Source: Octopus vulgaris
Taxonomy: Eukaryota
Direction of reading: 5' to 3'
Assembly (NCBI GenBank): GCA_951406725.2
Contig: OX597822.1
Location: 109,678,001 to 109,742,000, forward strand
Length of the DNA: 64,000 nucleotides
Below the pieces are notes generated by a model. It made no database searches and had not been told where the DNA came from. It worked only from the letters and a program-made list of their open reading frames with translations. Positions 13,046-26,066 of the stretch are shown piece by piece. Numbering within the stretch: the first letter of the stretch is position 1; every line of letters begins with the position of its first letter. A program made the position numbers and the translations under genes.

Positions 13046-14365
13046 ATGTATATATGTATATATAAATATACCTACACCTATGTGTGCGTATGTATATGTG
13101 CTTCTGTGTTTGTACATGTGTGTGTGTATGTGTGTATGTGAGCGTTTGTGTTAAAAGAAAATTTTGAAAGGCAAGTGAGTAACGTTAGTAACATGTATTC
13201 ATGTATTGAAATATGCAAATCCTGTCTATTGTGATCATCTTAAACATCATTTGCAACTGAAAAGCTAAACGTGAAGTAAAATAGTCCGTCCCCGAATATA
13301 TATTCCATCCAAATTAGCCACATAGAATTTTAGCAGACAATCTTTTCACATTTATTCTATTCTTGCTTCCTGTCACATGAAAAGATTGAAAAAATATATT
13401 AAGATGTATAATTCAGTAAAATCTATAAAAAAAAAGGATATATGCCAAATTGCTACTTACTTTTTCTAGATTTTATTTCAAACATTCAAAAGCCCGGACT
13501 TGTCGCTCTGTTTTCTTTATTAAATTTCATACTGAAAGTGTTTTGGTTTTTTTCTTTTTCTAATTTTATGAGGAAAGCGAAGATTGAACATATATAATAA
13601 CATTACGTATAATATATGAAAATTTCGAAGACTCGTGTTCATTCTAAGTTTTCTTTGGTGGAAATTAGCTGATAGTGCAAAGGAAAATTTCGAAATACTT
13701 CTGAATATGCATTATTGAAACTTGTTTTGCTTTTATTTCTCTGGTAATTACCATTAATTTTATAATCACTCGTTATTAGTAAAGATTGTTTATTGCTTTG
13801 CTTTATAATAGAGAACAGGTAATTTAAACTTGTCACTTTCCATTTCATAAAGTTGTGCTTATTACTATGTCAGTTATAAATACATAGAAATAATCTACTT
13901 TGTTTACGAGCGAATTTAATGGGTATGTTATCTCGCCTATCACAGTACATATTTTAAATTTACAGCATCTCAAGCTAACAATATATGCTAAAATATTTCT
14001 GTTGATCAGAATACAGCAGATTTAATAAGAAGTATGTTTATGATATCCTAATTAGTAATGAGAGGTATAACATTCATCTGAGGCGGAAACACATTGAATG
14101 AATATTACAATAACATTTAAACGTATATTACCTGTTAGTAGAGTTTCTCCTGCATAAGAAAATAAGGAACTTTTCATTGATTAATACCAACATTATGTTC
14201 CCAGTCTTTGTAAAACAGAAAGTATCCATCTCATTTGTATAATTTGAGAAATTAGGCTTTCTCTATAACTAGATTAAGAAGGAAAAAAATTCATGATGAT
14301 ATCGTGCAATACATAATATAATTGTTTAGATTGTTCTCTAGTTGGTTCCAATATTTCTTCATGCG

Positions 14366-14443
<78 letters not shown>

Positions 14444-14446
<3 letters not shown>

Positions 14447-14635
14447 AGACTTTACGAAACAAACACAAGACGAAGACAGGTGGTGTACAAAACAAACAGA
14501 TGTATTAGTATAACGCTCAGGAATTGAAAAAGTCATTTACGTTTCGAGCCCACGCTCTTCTACAGAAAGGGACACAGAAAAAAATGAGAGAAACAAGGAG
14601 AGAAAAAATGTGTGTAGTGGCTAACGATCTATCAT
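14444..14635 (-). mobile_element. PLE pseudo-LTR fragment with hammerhead motif at 14532-14573
   Basis: Minus strand GTCCCTTT-CTGTAGA-A-GAGC(gtgg)GCTC-GAAAC-GT-A-AATGAC: HHR core with A6->U and palindromic ACGT stem III. Abuts a (TA)n tract. Confidence 0.6.
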
Positions 14636-15229
14636 ACATACATATATATATATACATATCCGTGTATTCTCTCTTTTGACAATAGTTCCTGCTAAACTAA
14701 GGGTAATTTTAAATTGTCAAATAATGAGAATATTTTTGTGTGTAAGCATCAATCAGGTAAGAAGTATTACACTAAAGTCTCATGTATATAGCCATTGAAT
14801 TATGATCTAATTATCTGAACATGCCTGCTTTTAATATAATAATCATCAAACGAGTCATAGTTGCAATGGCTATTTCTGGACTAATTTCACCAAAACGACA
14901 GCATTTGTCATTTCCTCAATGCGCCACTCAATTTGATTAAACATGCAACATTCAGGATTATTGTGCAAATGTCTTATCACTCGTCTATTTGGATATTCGA
15001 AGGAACGTAATTTGGCACCAGATATTTGTGTGATAACAATTAGACAGATAACGGAACTTCACAGATTCAGTAGAATATAGGACTATCTATCGCTGAGTAT
15101 TCGATTTCAGTCGTCCAATTTCTTAAGCTCCGCCCATTCAATTTCAGTGTCAGCTACTGATTTTTCTCCCTATATGATTAAAAATACATCTGTACTATAT
15201 ATAATTTTATTCTTTCTCTTCCATTGTAG

Positions 15230-15429
15230 GAGTAACCACAATTTTAAGTCTAGCAGCAATTGGTATGACTGTACGTGAAGGACTTCCAAGAGTTCCCTAT
15301 GCCACAGCCCTTGATATATTTCTCAATATGTGCCTTGTTTACAATCTCTCGGCTCTAATCGAATACGCGGGCGTTAACTACTTTACCAAAACCGGTCCAG
15401 GAAGTCCTCCAGAAAATGAAGAGGACGAG
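15230..15429 (+). CDS. Cys-loop ligand-gated ion channel, GABA-A/glycine-receptor-type subunit: internal exon encoding M2 (from 4'), M2-M3 loop and M3
   Basis: Acceptor tctttctcttccattgtag|G, donor GAG|gtgagc. Translation (G)VTTILSLAAIGMTVREGLPRVPYATALDIFLNMCLVYNLSALIEYAGVNYFTKTGPGSPPENEEDE matches the GxTTxL...LP(K/R)VxYxxAxD...xEYAxVNY signature. Confidence 0.93.
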
Positions 15430-16200
15430 GTGAGCAAACTAAGCAATAACAACTGTGTTGTGTGTATTCGAACACACTTTTTCTCTTATCATTGTAAATA
15501 TTGTAGCCTTCCACGTTATTTAATTCACTTGTTTCTATTTTGTTTGGCGGACAACAACATCTGTTTGCTTAGAGATTGCAAATGTCTAGGTTGTGAGTTT
15601 ACTCCTGCGGAGATGCATTTGTTAATCGTCTGAAATATATGCTAAACCCCTAATTTGATTACAGGATTTTTGGTTGTTTTGTTTCTCTGCCGTGAATCAA
15701 CTATTTGCAGCTTTGCGCAGCAGTGTAAAAATGTTATACAATGGCGTTCGAAGTATTTTCAACATTCATAAAGCAATTCCTAGTTGACACTACTTTTCAT
15801 ACAAAAATATTCTAAATGCATTATTTTTTACAAAATCTTCTTTGGCGAACGAACAAATAAATTGAGAGAATCTTCATAAGTTGAATAACTGCATAAAGTA
15901 CATTGAGATGCGATAAGATATATATTCTATGCTAGCATGTTTGTACTTATTTGCATATGACAATTGAAATTGATAAATGGGAGAATTTTAATTACATTTA
16001 CCGGTTTAAAATGAATAATTATGTCGAATATAATAAGAACAATCACGTATCGGTATCTCAAGTGACTCAACAATGTAATATATTTTGCAATTTATATGAC
16101 GAAAAGTGGTTTCGATGAAAATAAGCGAAGTATAGGTAAATTATAATACATATCCCGGTAAGCACACGTATAGACAGACGCACAGGCGCATATACATATA

Positions 16201-17395
16201 TAGGGTGCGATGGGTAAATTGTTGCCATATAATGCTTTTAATTTCGCGCATCTGCATTGTTTGTCTTTTGATTTTGTCGACTACACAGTATAGCAGGGTC
16301 AGTTGGGCACCATCTGTGAAAAGGGCAGAATGATGACGCAATTCACTCTGCCAGAAATTTTGAAACGACATGCTGTACTGCTTAGCATTCGCGCTGGAAG
16401 ATCCAATACAAACGTTTTCGGAGTCTTCGTAGGTATCAATCTGTGGACAGCGCAGAGGATTCGGAAAGAGTTAGATTACGAAGGTACAGCAGCTTGGAAA
16501 GCTCAATCTGATTATTCTGATAAGAAAGGAACTCTTTAATTTGTTGGTAACATCCAGACCACGACTGACACGATCCTTCCAAATCAGTCAAGTATACATG
16601 AAGACATTCGGTATTCCTCATATAAGATGAGAAAAGGACAATTTTTATCCAACCCATCAAGGGCAAGAGGAAAGTCTGTGCTACAAAGCTTTTGAACAAA
16701 CTCAAGCTTCTGCAACCAAACATGCTTTAGTTTTTCTCAGACGAGAAACACACAGAACAACCGTTGACTTGCTGCGTCCCCAAAACACGTACCGAGAGTG
16801 ATAAAAATCAAACATCCAGTCAACATCATAGATTTTAGAGTGATCACTAGTGATGTCGACGCTCTGCCTCCATTCATTTTCCCACACAGCCTCAGACTCA
16901 ACACAAAGGTTTACATTAAATGCCTGGAGGAATTAGTGTAGCTTTGGGTCAAGAAGACCCTATTTCTGACAACAGGACACTGCACCATGCCTCAAAATCG
17001 GGAGAACCCAGTCATGGCTGTCAGACAATTTCTGCGACCACATCACCCCTAAAATCTGGTTCCTAACTCTCCAGACTTCAACACCCTTGATTGTTATCTT
17101 TAGGACGCAGCTGAGTGAGATACCAATAAATCTCCTTGTAACACCAAAGATGAACGCAAGACTTATGGCAGCATTGACCAACTTAAACAAGGAGACCGTC
17201 CAGGAGAGTTGCAGGACATTCCAAAGTCGTCTAGAGGCCGCGGTTAAAGCCAATGGTGATTTTATTGAATAGATTTACGTTTTAGTATTTCAAGATATTT
17301 TTCTGTAATCTTGGTGATTATATCCGTTAAAATGAGATGCCTGAGTTATTTTCCTTTTGGCGTAACTTAGACGACAATTTATTCACTGCACCCTG
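16201..17395 (+). mobile_element. Decayed Tc1/mariner element, DD37D (maT-type)
   Basis: TIRs (t)agggtgcgatgggtaaattgttg / cgacaatttattcactgcaccctg flanked by TA. Motifs FFSDEK (~16731) and QQDTAPC...IWxPNSPDFNTLD, with 37 residues between the last two D allowing one frameshift. Confidence 0.88.
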
Positions 17396-17557
17396 TATAT
17401 GTATCACTACTTGCATATACATGTATATATGTATGGATGTACGAACTAATGTACATACATATACATATGTACATATTTGTGTGTATGTGTCTGTGTGTTT
17501 CTGTGTATGTATAATTCAACGCAAATAAATTATCAACATCTTATACATTAAGGTATA

Positions 17558-17685
17558 TATAGTCAAAATAAACAACAAGGTTTTCCAGAGGTAATACAGT
17601 ACGATCGTGTCATGCGACTCCGGAGTCGCATGAAACGATCGTACTGTATTACCCCTGGATATCATTGTTGCTTATTTTGATTATA
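17558..17685. repeat. Loopless palindrome, 64-bp arms (57/64 matched), containing the 3' half of a hammerhead
   Basis: Centre gactcc|ggagtc at 17621/17622; GAAAC-GATC-GT-A at 17632-17643. Confidence 0.85.
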
Positions 17686-17778
17686 ATCATCCCATTTTGA
17701 ATTATATGGATAATACCATACTAAATTCTGGTACCTTTAACTTAAGTACCTTATTCAACTGAATCTAAATTTTACTGA

Positions 17779-17864
<86 letters not shown>

Positions 17865-18379
17865 TTATGTTTTAGAAAGTATGGGCTATTTACGGAATTC
17901 TCATAGGGAGCCAATTCGAAAAAATACAGATTAGAGGAAGTTGAAAACGCAAATCGTAGGCAGTCATACAAATTCTTCATATAAATGTAGATGTTCAATC
18001 AATGTAGTTGAATCACGTATATGTGTGTGTATGTGTGTGAGTGTGTGTGTGTGTGCATATCAACATAAATCATGCATGTATGGGCGTAAAACTTTTTAAG
18101 GGTATACCAAATAAAACTAAACATACATAAACATATAGAAGAAATGTAAAGAAATATATATATATAAATATGTATAAAGTTATGAATAAAGATTTCCTGT
18201 AAAGAATTATGCATGATAAATATAGGAGGTGCAAAACAAATGATAGTTGATAAATATAGGAATAAAAGGTCAACCTTGGCAAGTCCCCTAAATATAGGAT
18301 ATAAGATAGAAATGACACCATATATTAAGGTTAAGAAAAACATAAATAAAATAGGATCTAAATATAGAATCCAATATAG

Positions 18380-18478
<99 letters not shown>

Positions 18479-18480
18479 TT

Positions 18481-18940
18481 AAGGAATGGCCTTAATAGTC
18501 CATTCAACTCTATTAAAACGAGCAGCCAAACTCGAACCGCTAAATAGTAGTAAATCAGAAATCAAAGGAAAATTAAAAACATTTACGGGTGTATAGGTAT
18601 ATGTCTGGTATCAGAGAATTCCAGAAAGTACGATGCTTGTGTTTTGTTTACTTCATATCCGTCACGGTGGTTTCAACGATTGAGAATCAAAAATAAAAAT
18701 GAATAAATAAATGCAAATCACATGACACATCTATCACGCACCACTTCATCAGACATAATGCTGAAATAGAAACAAAACAAAAGCTGAAAATTTCGTAAAG
18801 GATATGAACCAATTGAACATCATGCTTCTGTTGCATTTTCCATATTAATGCACTCTTCTTGATACACACTGCATCACCCGCTGTTGGATCATGTAGAAGG
18901 GGCAGCCTCAACATTGATATCAATAGTAAGTGCAACAATC
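18481..18940 (-). mobile_element. PLE 3' end with hammerhead motif (18661-18754)
   Basis: Minus strand gt-CTGATGA-AGTGGT...(~60 nt)...ATCGTT-GAAAC-cacc-GT-gac. 18481-18590 is homologous to the hairpin arms at 42017-42257. Upstream CIKKSALIWKMQQKHDVQ weakly resembles a GIY-YIG C-terminus. Confidence 0.55.
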
Positions 18941-19007
18941 ACAATAAGCTGCCATCTACATAGTACATCATCTTCTATAATTATGTATCGTGTTTGTTTA
19001 TACCTAC

Positions 19008-19226
19008 CTATTTCTTTACTACCCACAAGGGGCTAAACACAGAGGGGACAAACAAGAACAGACATAGGTATTAAGTTGATTACATCGACCCCAGTGCGTA
19101 ACTGGTGCTTAATTTATCGACCCCGAAAGGATGAAAGGCAGAGTCGACCTCGGCGGAATTTGAACTCAGGACGTACCGGCAGACGAAATATCGCTAAACA
19201 TTTCGCCCGGCGTGCTAACGATTCTG
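19008..19226 (-). mobile_element. tRNA-derived SINE (abundant family with gtcgactttgcctttcatcc central domain)
   Basis: Near-identical to copies at 22453, 51785 and, reversed, 54993. B box gagttcaaattcc on the minus strand. Confidence 0.85.
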
Positions 19227-19752
19227 AAACATACATATATACACGCACACACACGTTCATAAATACACCCAAGCATACACGCATATATATACATATGTGC
19301 ATATGTGTTTGTGAGAGAAAAAGAGAGTGTGTATGTATATATGTGTGTGTAGGAATAACTCAGCATCAAATAGCTTGTTAAAGGCCAACAAGGATGTTCT
19401 CATTTCCATAAAATTGGATGCGTAAACCTTGTAAACAGTGAATCCTTCACAGATCGCATTTTTCGCTTTTCATTCATATTTGTTTTATTCCAGATCCGTC
19501 AATCCCCACGTTCTCTCTGCTTTTAACTTTTGTCAATAACTATTTATATGTTATTACTTATAATTTTTGATTTTTCTCTTAACGTGCGATATCAGGAAAG
19601 CAGAAGATCGTAAATTTAACTACGATAAGTGTAAACCATACGCTTGCACATTATATTGAATATACAAACACCGTGTGTTATTTTTGTACAAGCACTGTAT
19701 CAATATACCTTTACGTATCTACGTACAAACACGTACACACACACAAGCCATT

Positions 19753-19796
<44 letters not shown>

Positions 19797-19818
19797 GTGT
19801 TCATGTATGTATTTTCTT

Positions 19819-19865
<47 letters not shown>

Positions 19866-19903
19866 ACACGTGTTCAATTTTCGTTTATATATACATACAT
19901 ACA

Positions 19904-19935
<32 letters not shown>

Positions 19936-20682
19936 AATACATATTTACATACATAATAACAACAATAATTGTTCGATATGCTTCCCATGGTATTGCTTTG
20001 CATATATATATATATAGATAGATAGATATATATACATATACACACACACATATGTATATACATATGTATACAAAGATGCATGCACAGAGGCATAAGTTTA
20101 CATATATATGCGTGTGTGTGTATGTTTTAAATTGATTTATTGACATGCCACAATATTTGAAGGAAGATACATTTGAATTTGATATTAATTATTTTTTTAA
20201 TTGCTGGAAATACAAGTCATAAATGTAGAGAGAAGCACTTTTTATTTGTAAGCAAAATCCCTTTTACATTGAGATGGCTTGCGTTTTCACAGTTTTTAAA
20301 TATTTTTTTTTTTATAATTAATAAATTTTCTTTAAAATTTAGCTATCTTTATATGTGTGTGTTTGCATGGGTGTACGATTACATAAATGCAGTAATAAGT
20401 GCGGAAACTAAACTTTGGAATTTTATATTAATTCTCATTACATCAATGACATATACAATAATAATTAATACTTATATATTTCATGAAATGATTCTTACTT
20501 GCATTCATGTGAGAAGTAAAACCTATTGTTCAATGAACACATTAAATAAACTATTCTCAATAATTATGTAATGTATCATAATGATCTAAATTATAGTAAT
20601 GTTATCTCTGAATTTATGGTCAAAAGTATGAATCTATTAAACTGCCTATTTATCAGCACACATGCAAACACACTGTGTGAAT

Positions 20683-20951
<269 letters not shown>

Positions 20952-20953
<2 letters not shown>

Positions 20954-21453
20954 TGTAAAACCGTTTCACTCGGTTCCATGTGGCTTTAAGTTTCACAGGC
21001 TTCTTGCAGAAAGCTAGCTCTTCAGTCTCACAAGACTCACTGAAGTACCGCAAGAGCAAAATGGCTGCCGAAAAATGACCTTCTATCGGTCAAAGCGGGT
21101 CGCATACTGTTTTGAGATGTGAGAGCGACATTTCAGCGGCAGCAGATGCATTAAAAAGCAAAACATCTTTACACCACGTTGCTAGAAAGGGCAATATGTG
21201 TATTTGTGTGTATACATACCATACTCGTCTGGTATGCACACACACGCAAGCACGCGCGCGCACATGTACACTCACTTGGCGACCTTGCTTCCGTCTACTT
21301 CTAGTTCTCTCCAACGGTCTACCAGACACCAAGACATCGTTGAATTCCTGTCCTTTTCCATTCGGTCATATAAGCGAGAACGAGCTACGTTTCCCTAAGA
21401 AACCAGCGAAGCTTCAAGTCACATGGATCAGAATTAAAGCGGTTTCAATTAAT
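20952..21453. mobile_element. Old MITE-like element with ~70-bp diverged terminal inverted repeats
   Basis: Left aaaccgtttcactcggttccatgtggctttaagtttcacaggcttcttgcagaaagctagctc versus reverse complement of right aaaccgctttaattctgatccatgtgacttgaagcttcgctggtttcttagggaaacgtagctc. Confidence 0.7.
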
Positions 21454-21604
21454 GAGATATACGTGATATGTTGAGTTCCCTTCATCTTTTGTTTGTCCAC
21501 TCATTTGTGTGTTTGTGTCTGTATATATATATGTATGTGTGTGTATATATGTATATATGTATGTATATATATGTATATATATATATACATGCATATACAT
21601 ATAT

Positions 21605-21653
<49 letters not shown>

Positions 21654-21866
21654 TAGAGAGAGAGAGACAGAAAGGGAGGGAGATACTGATATAGTTATAT
21701 ATGCAAGTGTGTGTGTGTGTGTATGTGTGTGTGTAATTGTCGCACTGGCTTACTCATAAATAAAATGACAGATTACCCAAGTTGTGTTGTAAACTCGTAT
21801 TGAAAGCAACGTATAGCTTTTATAGCTTTTATTCTCTACATATAGATAAAGGAATACTAATGAGTA

Positions 21867-22020
21867 ATGTCGATTACATCGACCCTAGTGCGTGACTGGC
21901 ACTTATTTAATTGATCCCGAAAGGATTAAAGGTAAAGTCGAACTTGGTGTAATTTGAACTCAGAACGTATGGCAGCCGAAATACCGTTATGCACGCTAAC
22001 GATTCTGCCAGCTCGCTACC
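21867..22020 (-). mobile_element. SINE, diverged copy of the 19008 family
   Basis: gtcgattacatcgaccc...atttgaactcagaacgt. Confidence 0.8.
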
Positions 22021-22452
22021 CTATGAGTAATGAATATTTCAACATGTAATATTATGGACACTCATATAACACTGTACACACTCCTCTAACAATACAACTA
22101 GATAATGAAATCTATGTTGTCATTAATATAAAGGAATTAATAGGAAGGAATTTATTTATATAAATATATAAATCATTTCATGCAAAGCTTAACGAAAATT
22201 ATTCTATGACAAAGGACAACCAATTGCTCAAAGCTGTAGAATCAGAAATAATGTCACGCGTATTATTTTCCTTAAACAGAAGACAGGAATTATAATACAG
22301 ATAAATTTATTATCGTGAAGATCATGACAATCAACGGATAAAATATTGCTGAAGATCTTTTGTGTATTTGAAATAAATTTTGTCAGCATTAAACTACTTT
22401 GAATTTATGTATATAGGAATAAGCTTCCGGACTGACTAAATGTATAGATACC

Positions 22453-22779
22453 TATTTCTTTACTGCCCACAAGGGGCTACACACAGAGGAGACAAACAAG
22501 GGCAGACAAACGGATTACATCGACCCCAGTGCGTAACTGGTACTTATTTAATCGACCCCGAAAGGATGAAAGGCTAAGTCGACCTCGGCGGAATTTGAAC
22601 TCAGAACGATACGGCAGCCGAAATACCTATCTCTTTATTACCCACAAGGGGTTAAACATGGAGGAGACAAACAAGGACAGACATAGGTATTAAGTCGATT
22701 ACATCGACCCCAGTTCGTAAATGGTACTTATTTAATCGACCCCCGAAATACTGCTAAGCATTTAGCCCGGCGTGCTAAC
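22453..22779 (-). mobile_element. Tandem dimer SINE (19008 family) with 23-bp target-site duplication
   Basis: gactgactaaatgtatagatacc at 22430-22452 and 22780-22802; two cccacaagggg...atcgacccc units inside. Confidence 0.88.
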
Positions 22780-23878
22780 GACTGACTAAATGTATAGATA
22801 CCGTGGCTAACCGAATCTCACGGGTACTTGCGTTGCACAAGTCATTATACTTACAGAGAAAGAAACATATAAAGCAATTTATGACAATGTGCGCCTTTGT
22901 ATATGCGAATACATGCGCGTACATATGGTTTTTATATTCGTTGGAAGAGGTAAAATATAGTCACCATTAGTTAATCATGATATATCCTCTGGAGGTGGAG
23001 ATAATTTTAATATATCAACCCTTAATGATGTATGGTATTTCATATATAAGTATATTTGTTCTTTAAATTCGCACCGCAAGCTAGTCTGAGTTATTTCTGT
23101 CAACGTATTTCCGTTTGGATAGTGACAAATTTATCACAAAACGAAATCTAATTTATAGTCTGAAGGAATCATAGAATAATTTCCTTCTAGATAAATTATG
23201 TCTTTAAAAGAAAGTAGAAATCTAGGTTTGATTCATGGGGATTTCCCAGAGAGCTCCTGGGGTTAATCAATACTAAACTACATTTGTTCTGATTAGGAAG
23301 TTTTTATAGAGTTTAAATGACGTATATTATAAACACATAGACAGTGTTAGGAAATGGCCTTCAGATTTATAAGCATTATCACTGTTTTGGACATACACGC
23401 GTAGACACATTTACAAATACACTTACAAACACACAAATATACTTACAATCACACACACAGATGTACATATATGTGGTGGGGTGTATAAGACAGACAGACA
23501 TAGAGGGAGAGAGGAAGAGAGAGAGAGAGAGAGAGAGGTAGGATATGAGACGAAGACCTATAAGGTATAAATACTTCGTTGTTTGCAATTATTTCATCTT
23601 GCAACCGTAATGTACTACCAGTTATACGAAAAGTTTATTAGTCAATATGGTGTCTTATATTTGTTTTAGCAGTGCGATGTTTTCATTTTCAAGATAATCT
23701 CAATAGATTTTCAATAGAATTTAGAGCTAGCACTGGAATCTACAACGTTTCGTATACGAATATGTCCATGTAAACAATGCAATCGACAAAACATGAGCAG
23801 TGGTTATTTAAGCATTGCATTGGAATAAATTTGATGACTTGGAAGTGGTGCTGATGAAAGAGAAATACCTAAATGAAA

Positions 23879-24274
23879 TCTTTATATATAAAAGAGAGGT
23901 TGTGTGTCTGTCTCCTACGATTTAGATTCCTAACTACTCCCACATTTTGCGGTGCAGTTTAACCAAAACCGGGTATCTAATAGTCGTGCTTCATATCGAG
24001 CCCTTCTGGGTATTAGCGCGCGTCTACGATGAGTCTACGATAAAAAAAAAATTACCGTCAATTTTTCCCATTTTTAATGCATTTTTGGCATATATAAGGG
24101 AAGTAACTCTCTAAAAATTTATTATTAAATCTCAGAACGTAAAAAGCTACAGTAACACCTCCCCCCCCGTTGTGGTTAGCCATATTGAGATGGCTATTAT
24201 ACTTTACATCTCTAAAAAATGTTTATATAGTTATTTCCCTTACAAACCCGAGCAATGCCGGGCGATACTGCTAG
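23879..24274 (+). mobile_element. Non-autonomous Helitron
   Basis: A|TC start, hairpin cccgagcaatgccggg, CTAG|T end. 3' end shared with 8207-8578. Confidence 0.85.
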
Positions 24275-25076
24275 TATGGATATATAAATCCATTACCTAT
24301 TTATTTTCCATATCGGATCACTTTGTTTACAGAAACATATCCGTAGACGAAACGTCGCATCCTGTAGTGCTACCTCTCTATAGAAAATCTATAGAGATAA
24401 ACATTAGAATGCTTAATACAAACTGCACGTGCGTGTATGTGTATGCCTGAATAAATATATATACATATAATTGTATATAATTAATTACGTGTGTGTATGT
24501 ATTGTTCCTAAATGCTTATTTATACATTTCTATAGTGTATGTATATTATTTATTTTAGACTTCTTTATTATATTTACTATACTAAATTCATCATAACTAA
24601 TAATGCTTCTATATTTTTTACAGTTTAATCGTTCGTTTCCTCTCTAATATTTGTTTTGACTTCTGAAGATTTTTGCCAACTTTACATTTAAAAACTAACA
24701 GTTACACATTTCTTTTTCTCTAACTTATATAAATAACATTTATGATTTATAGTAAACAGTGAAAGAATAACATTGGAACTAATGTTCAAATGCTTTGTCT
24801 TGAAATATATTTTTCCATCAGCATCACACAGAAGCACACGTACAAATATATAAATTCACATATGCATGCACACATTAAAAAATATATCATTAACGGAGAG
24901 CAGAGAAGCCATACATGCATGTCTTACTGACGGAAGAAAATTGCTGATACAGCACACAACAGACGTCATTCTTTAAATTGTTCATGAATTAATTACAAAA
25001 TTCATATGATTTATTGAATTTGAAACTACGAAAATAGACTTCAATAGTTCAGTAGTCAAGTGCTACACAGTAAAGA

Positions 25077-25110
<34 letters not shown>

Positions 25111-25130
25111 ATGTGTGTATATATATTTAT

Positions 25131-25187
<57 letters not shown>

Positions 25188-25454
25188 ATGTATGTATGTA
25201 TGCATGTATGTATATATACATGCATAGATATCGATGTATTTTTCCTATATTTGTACCGATGTGTGTATACTCATACAATTACATACATACAAGTGTGAGC
25301 TTCTACGTGTGTGTGTGTGTTTAAAGCAATTTTGTTTCTTTATGCTCTGTTGAAGGAAGTGTACGGAATACTTAACAATTGATTCAATTATATAGCTTAA
25401 AGCTATATAAATAACAATCTATTTATGTGTGTGATTACAAAATGTCTTTACTAA

Positions 25455-25497
<43 letters not shown>

Positions 25498-25549
25498 CAC
25501 ACATATATATGTATGTTATGTGTGTGTATGTATTAATGTATGCATATAC

Positions 25550-25612
<63 letters not shown>

Positions 25613-26013
25613 TGTATGTATGATGCTTGTGTATATATTGAATAAACAAGAGTTTCATACAAGAAAATTTTTACCAAGAACGAAAATTCTTTGAGAGATC
25701 ATAAACAAAAGAAAATATATTTGCAGTCTCATCGAAAGGTACTACCTGCTTCAATCCTGTTTTTAAGATTTAGTCACTCTTTTACAGAAATTAAAATACT
25801 TTGAAATACGTTTATCAATTTTATTAACTAGCTGCTGGTCGCTGTATGCTTTGCGATGCTGATGGGTATTAGTCGTGCCACCTTTAGTAATGGGAGTTGT
25901 CATATGTTCTTTACTGGGGAAATTGATACCACAAGAGTCGCTATTAGGTGTAGCCAGCAATGGTAACGATCGTAGTAGAAGCGCTGGAATTAGTCTCACT
26001 TGTCGTCATCACT

Positions 26014-26053
<40 letters not shown>

Positions 26054-26066
26054 CAGTAGTAGTAGT
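26014..26066. repeat. (AGT)n microsatellite
   Basis: Direct reading. Confidence 0.9.

Noticed and set aside
15430-15633. Continuation of ORF 15265-15633 as coding sequence
   Set aside because: Channel similarity stops at a strong GAG|gtgagc donor. The rest is intron read-through, and the ATG at 15265 is internal.
25388-25410. Short palindrome ttatatagct-taa-agctatataa
   Set aside because: 10-bp AT-rich arms are expected by chance in this composition.
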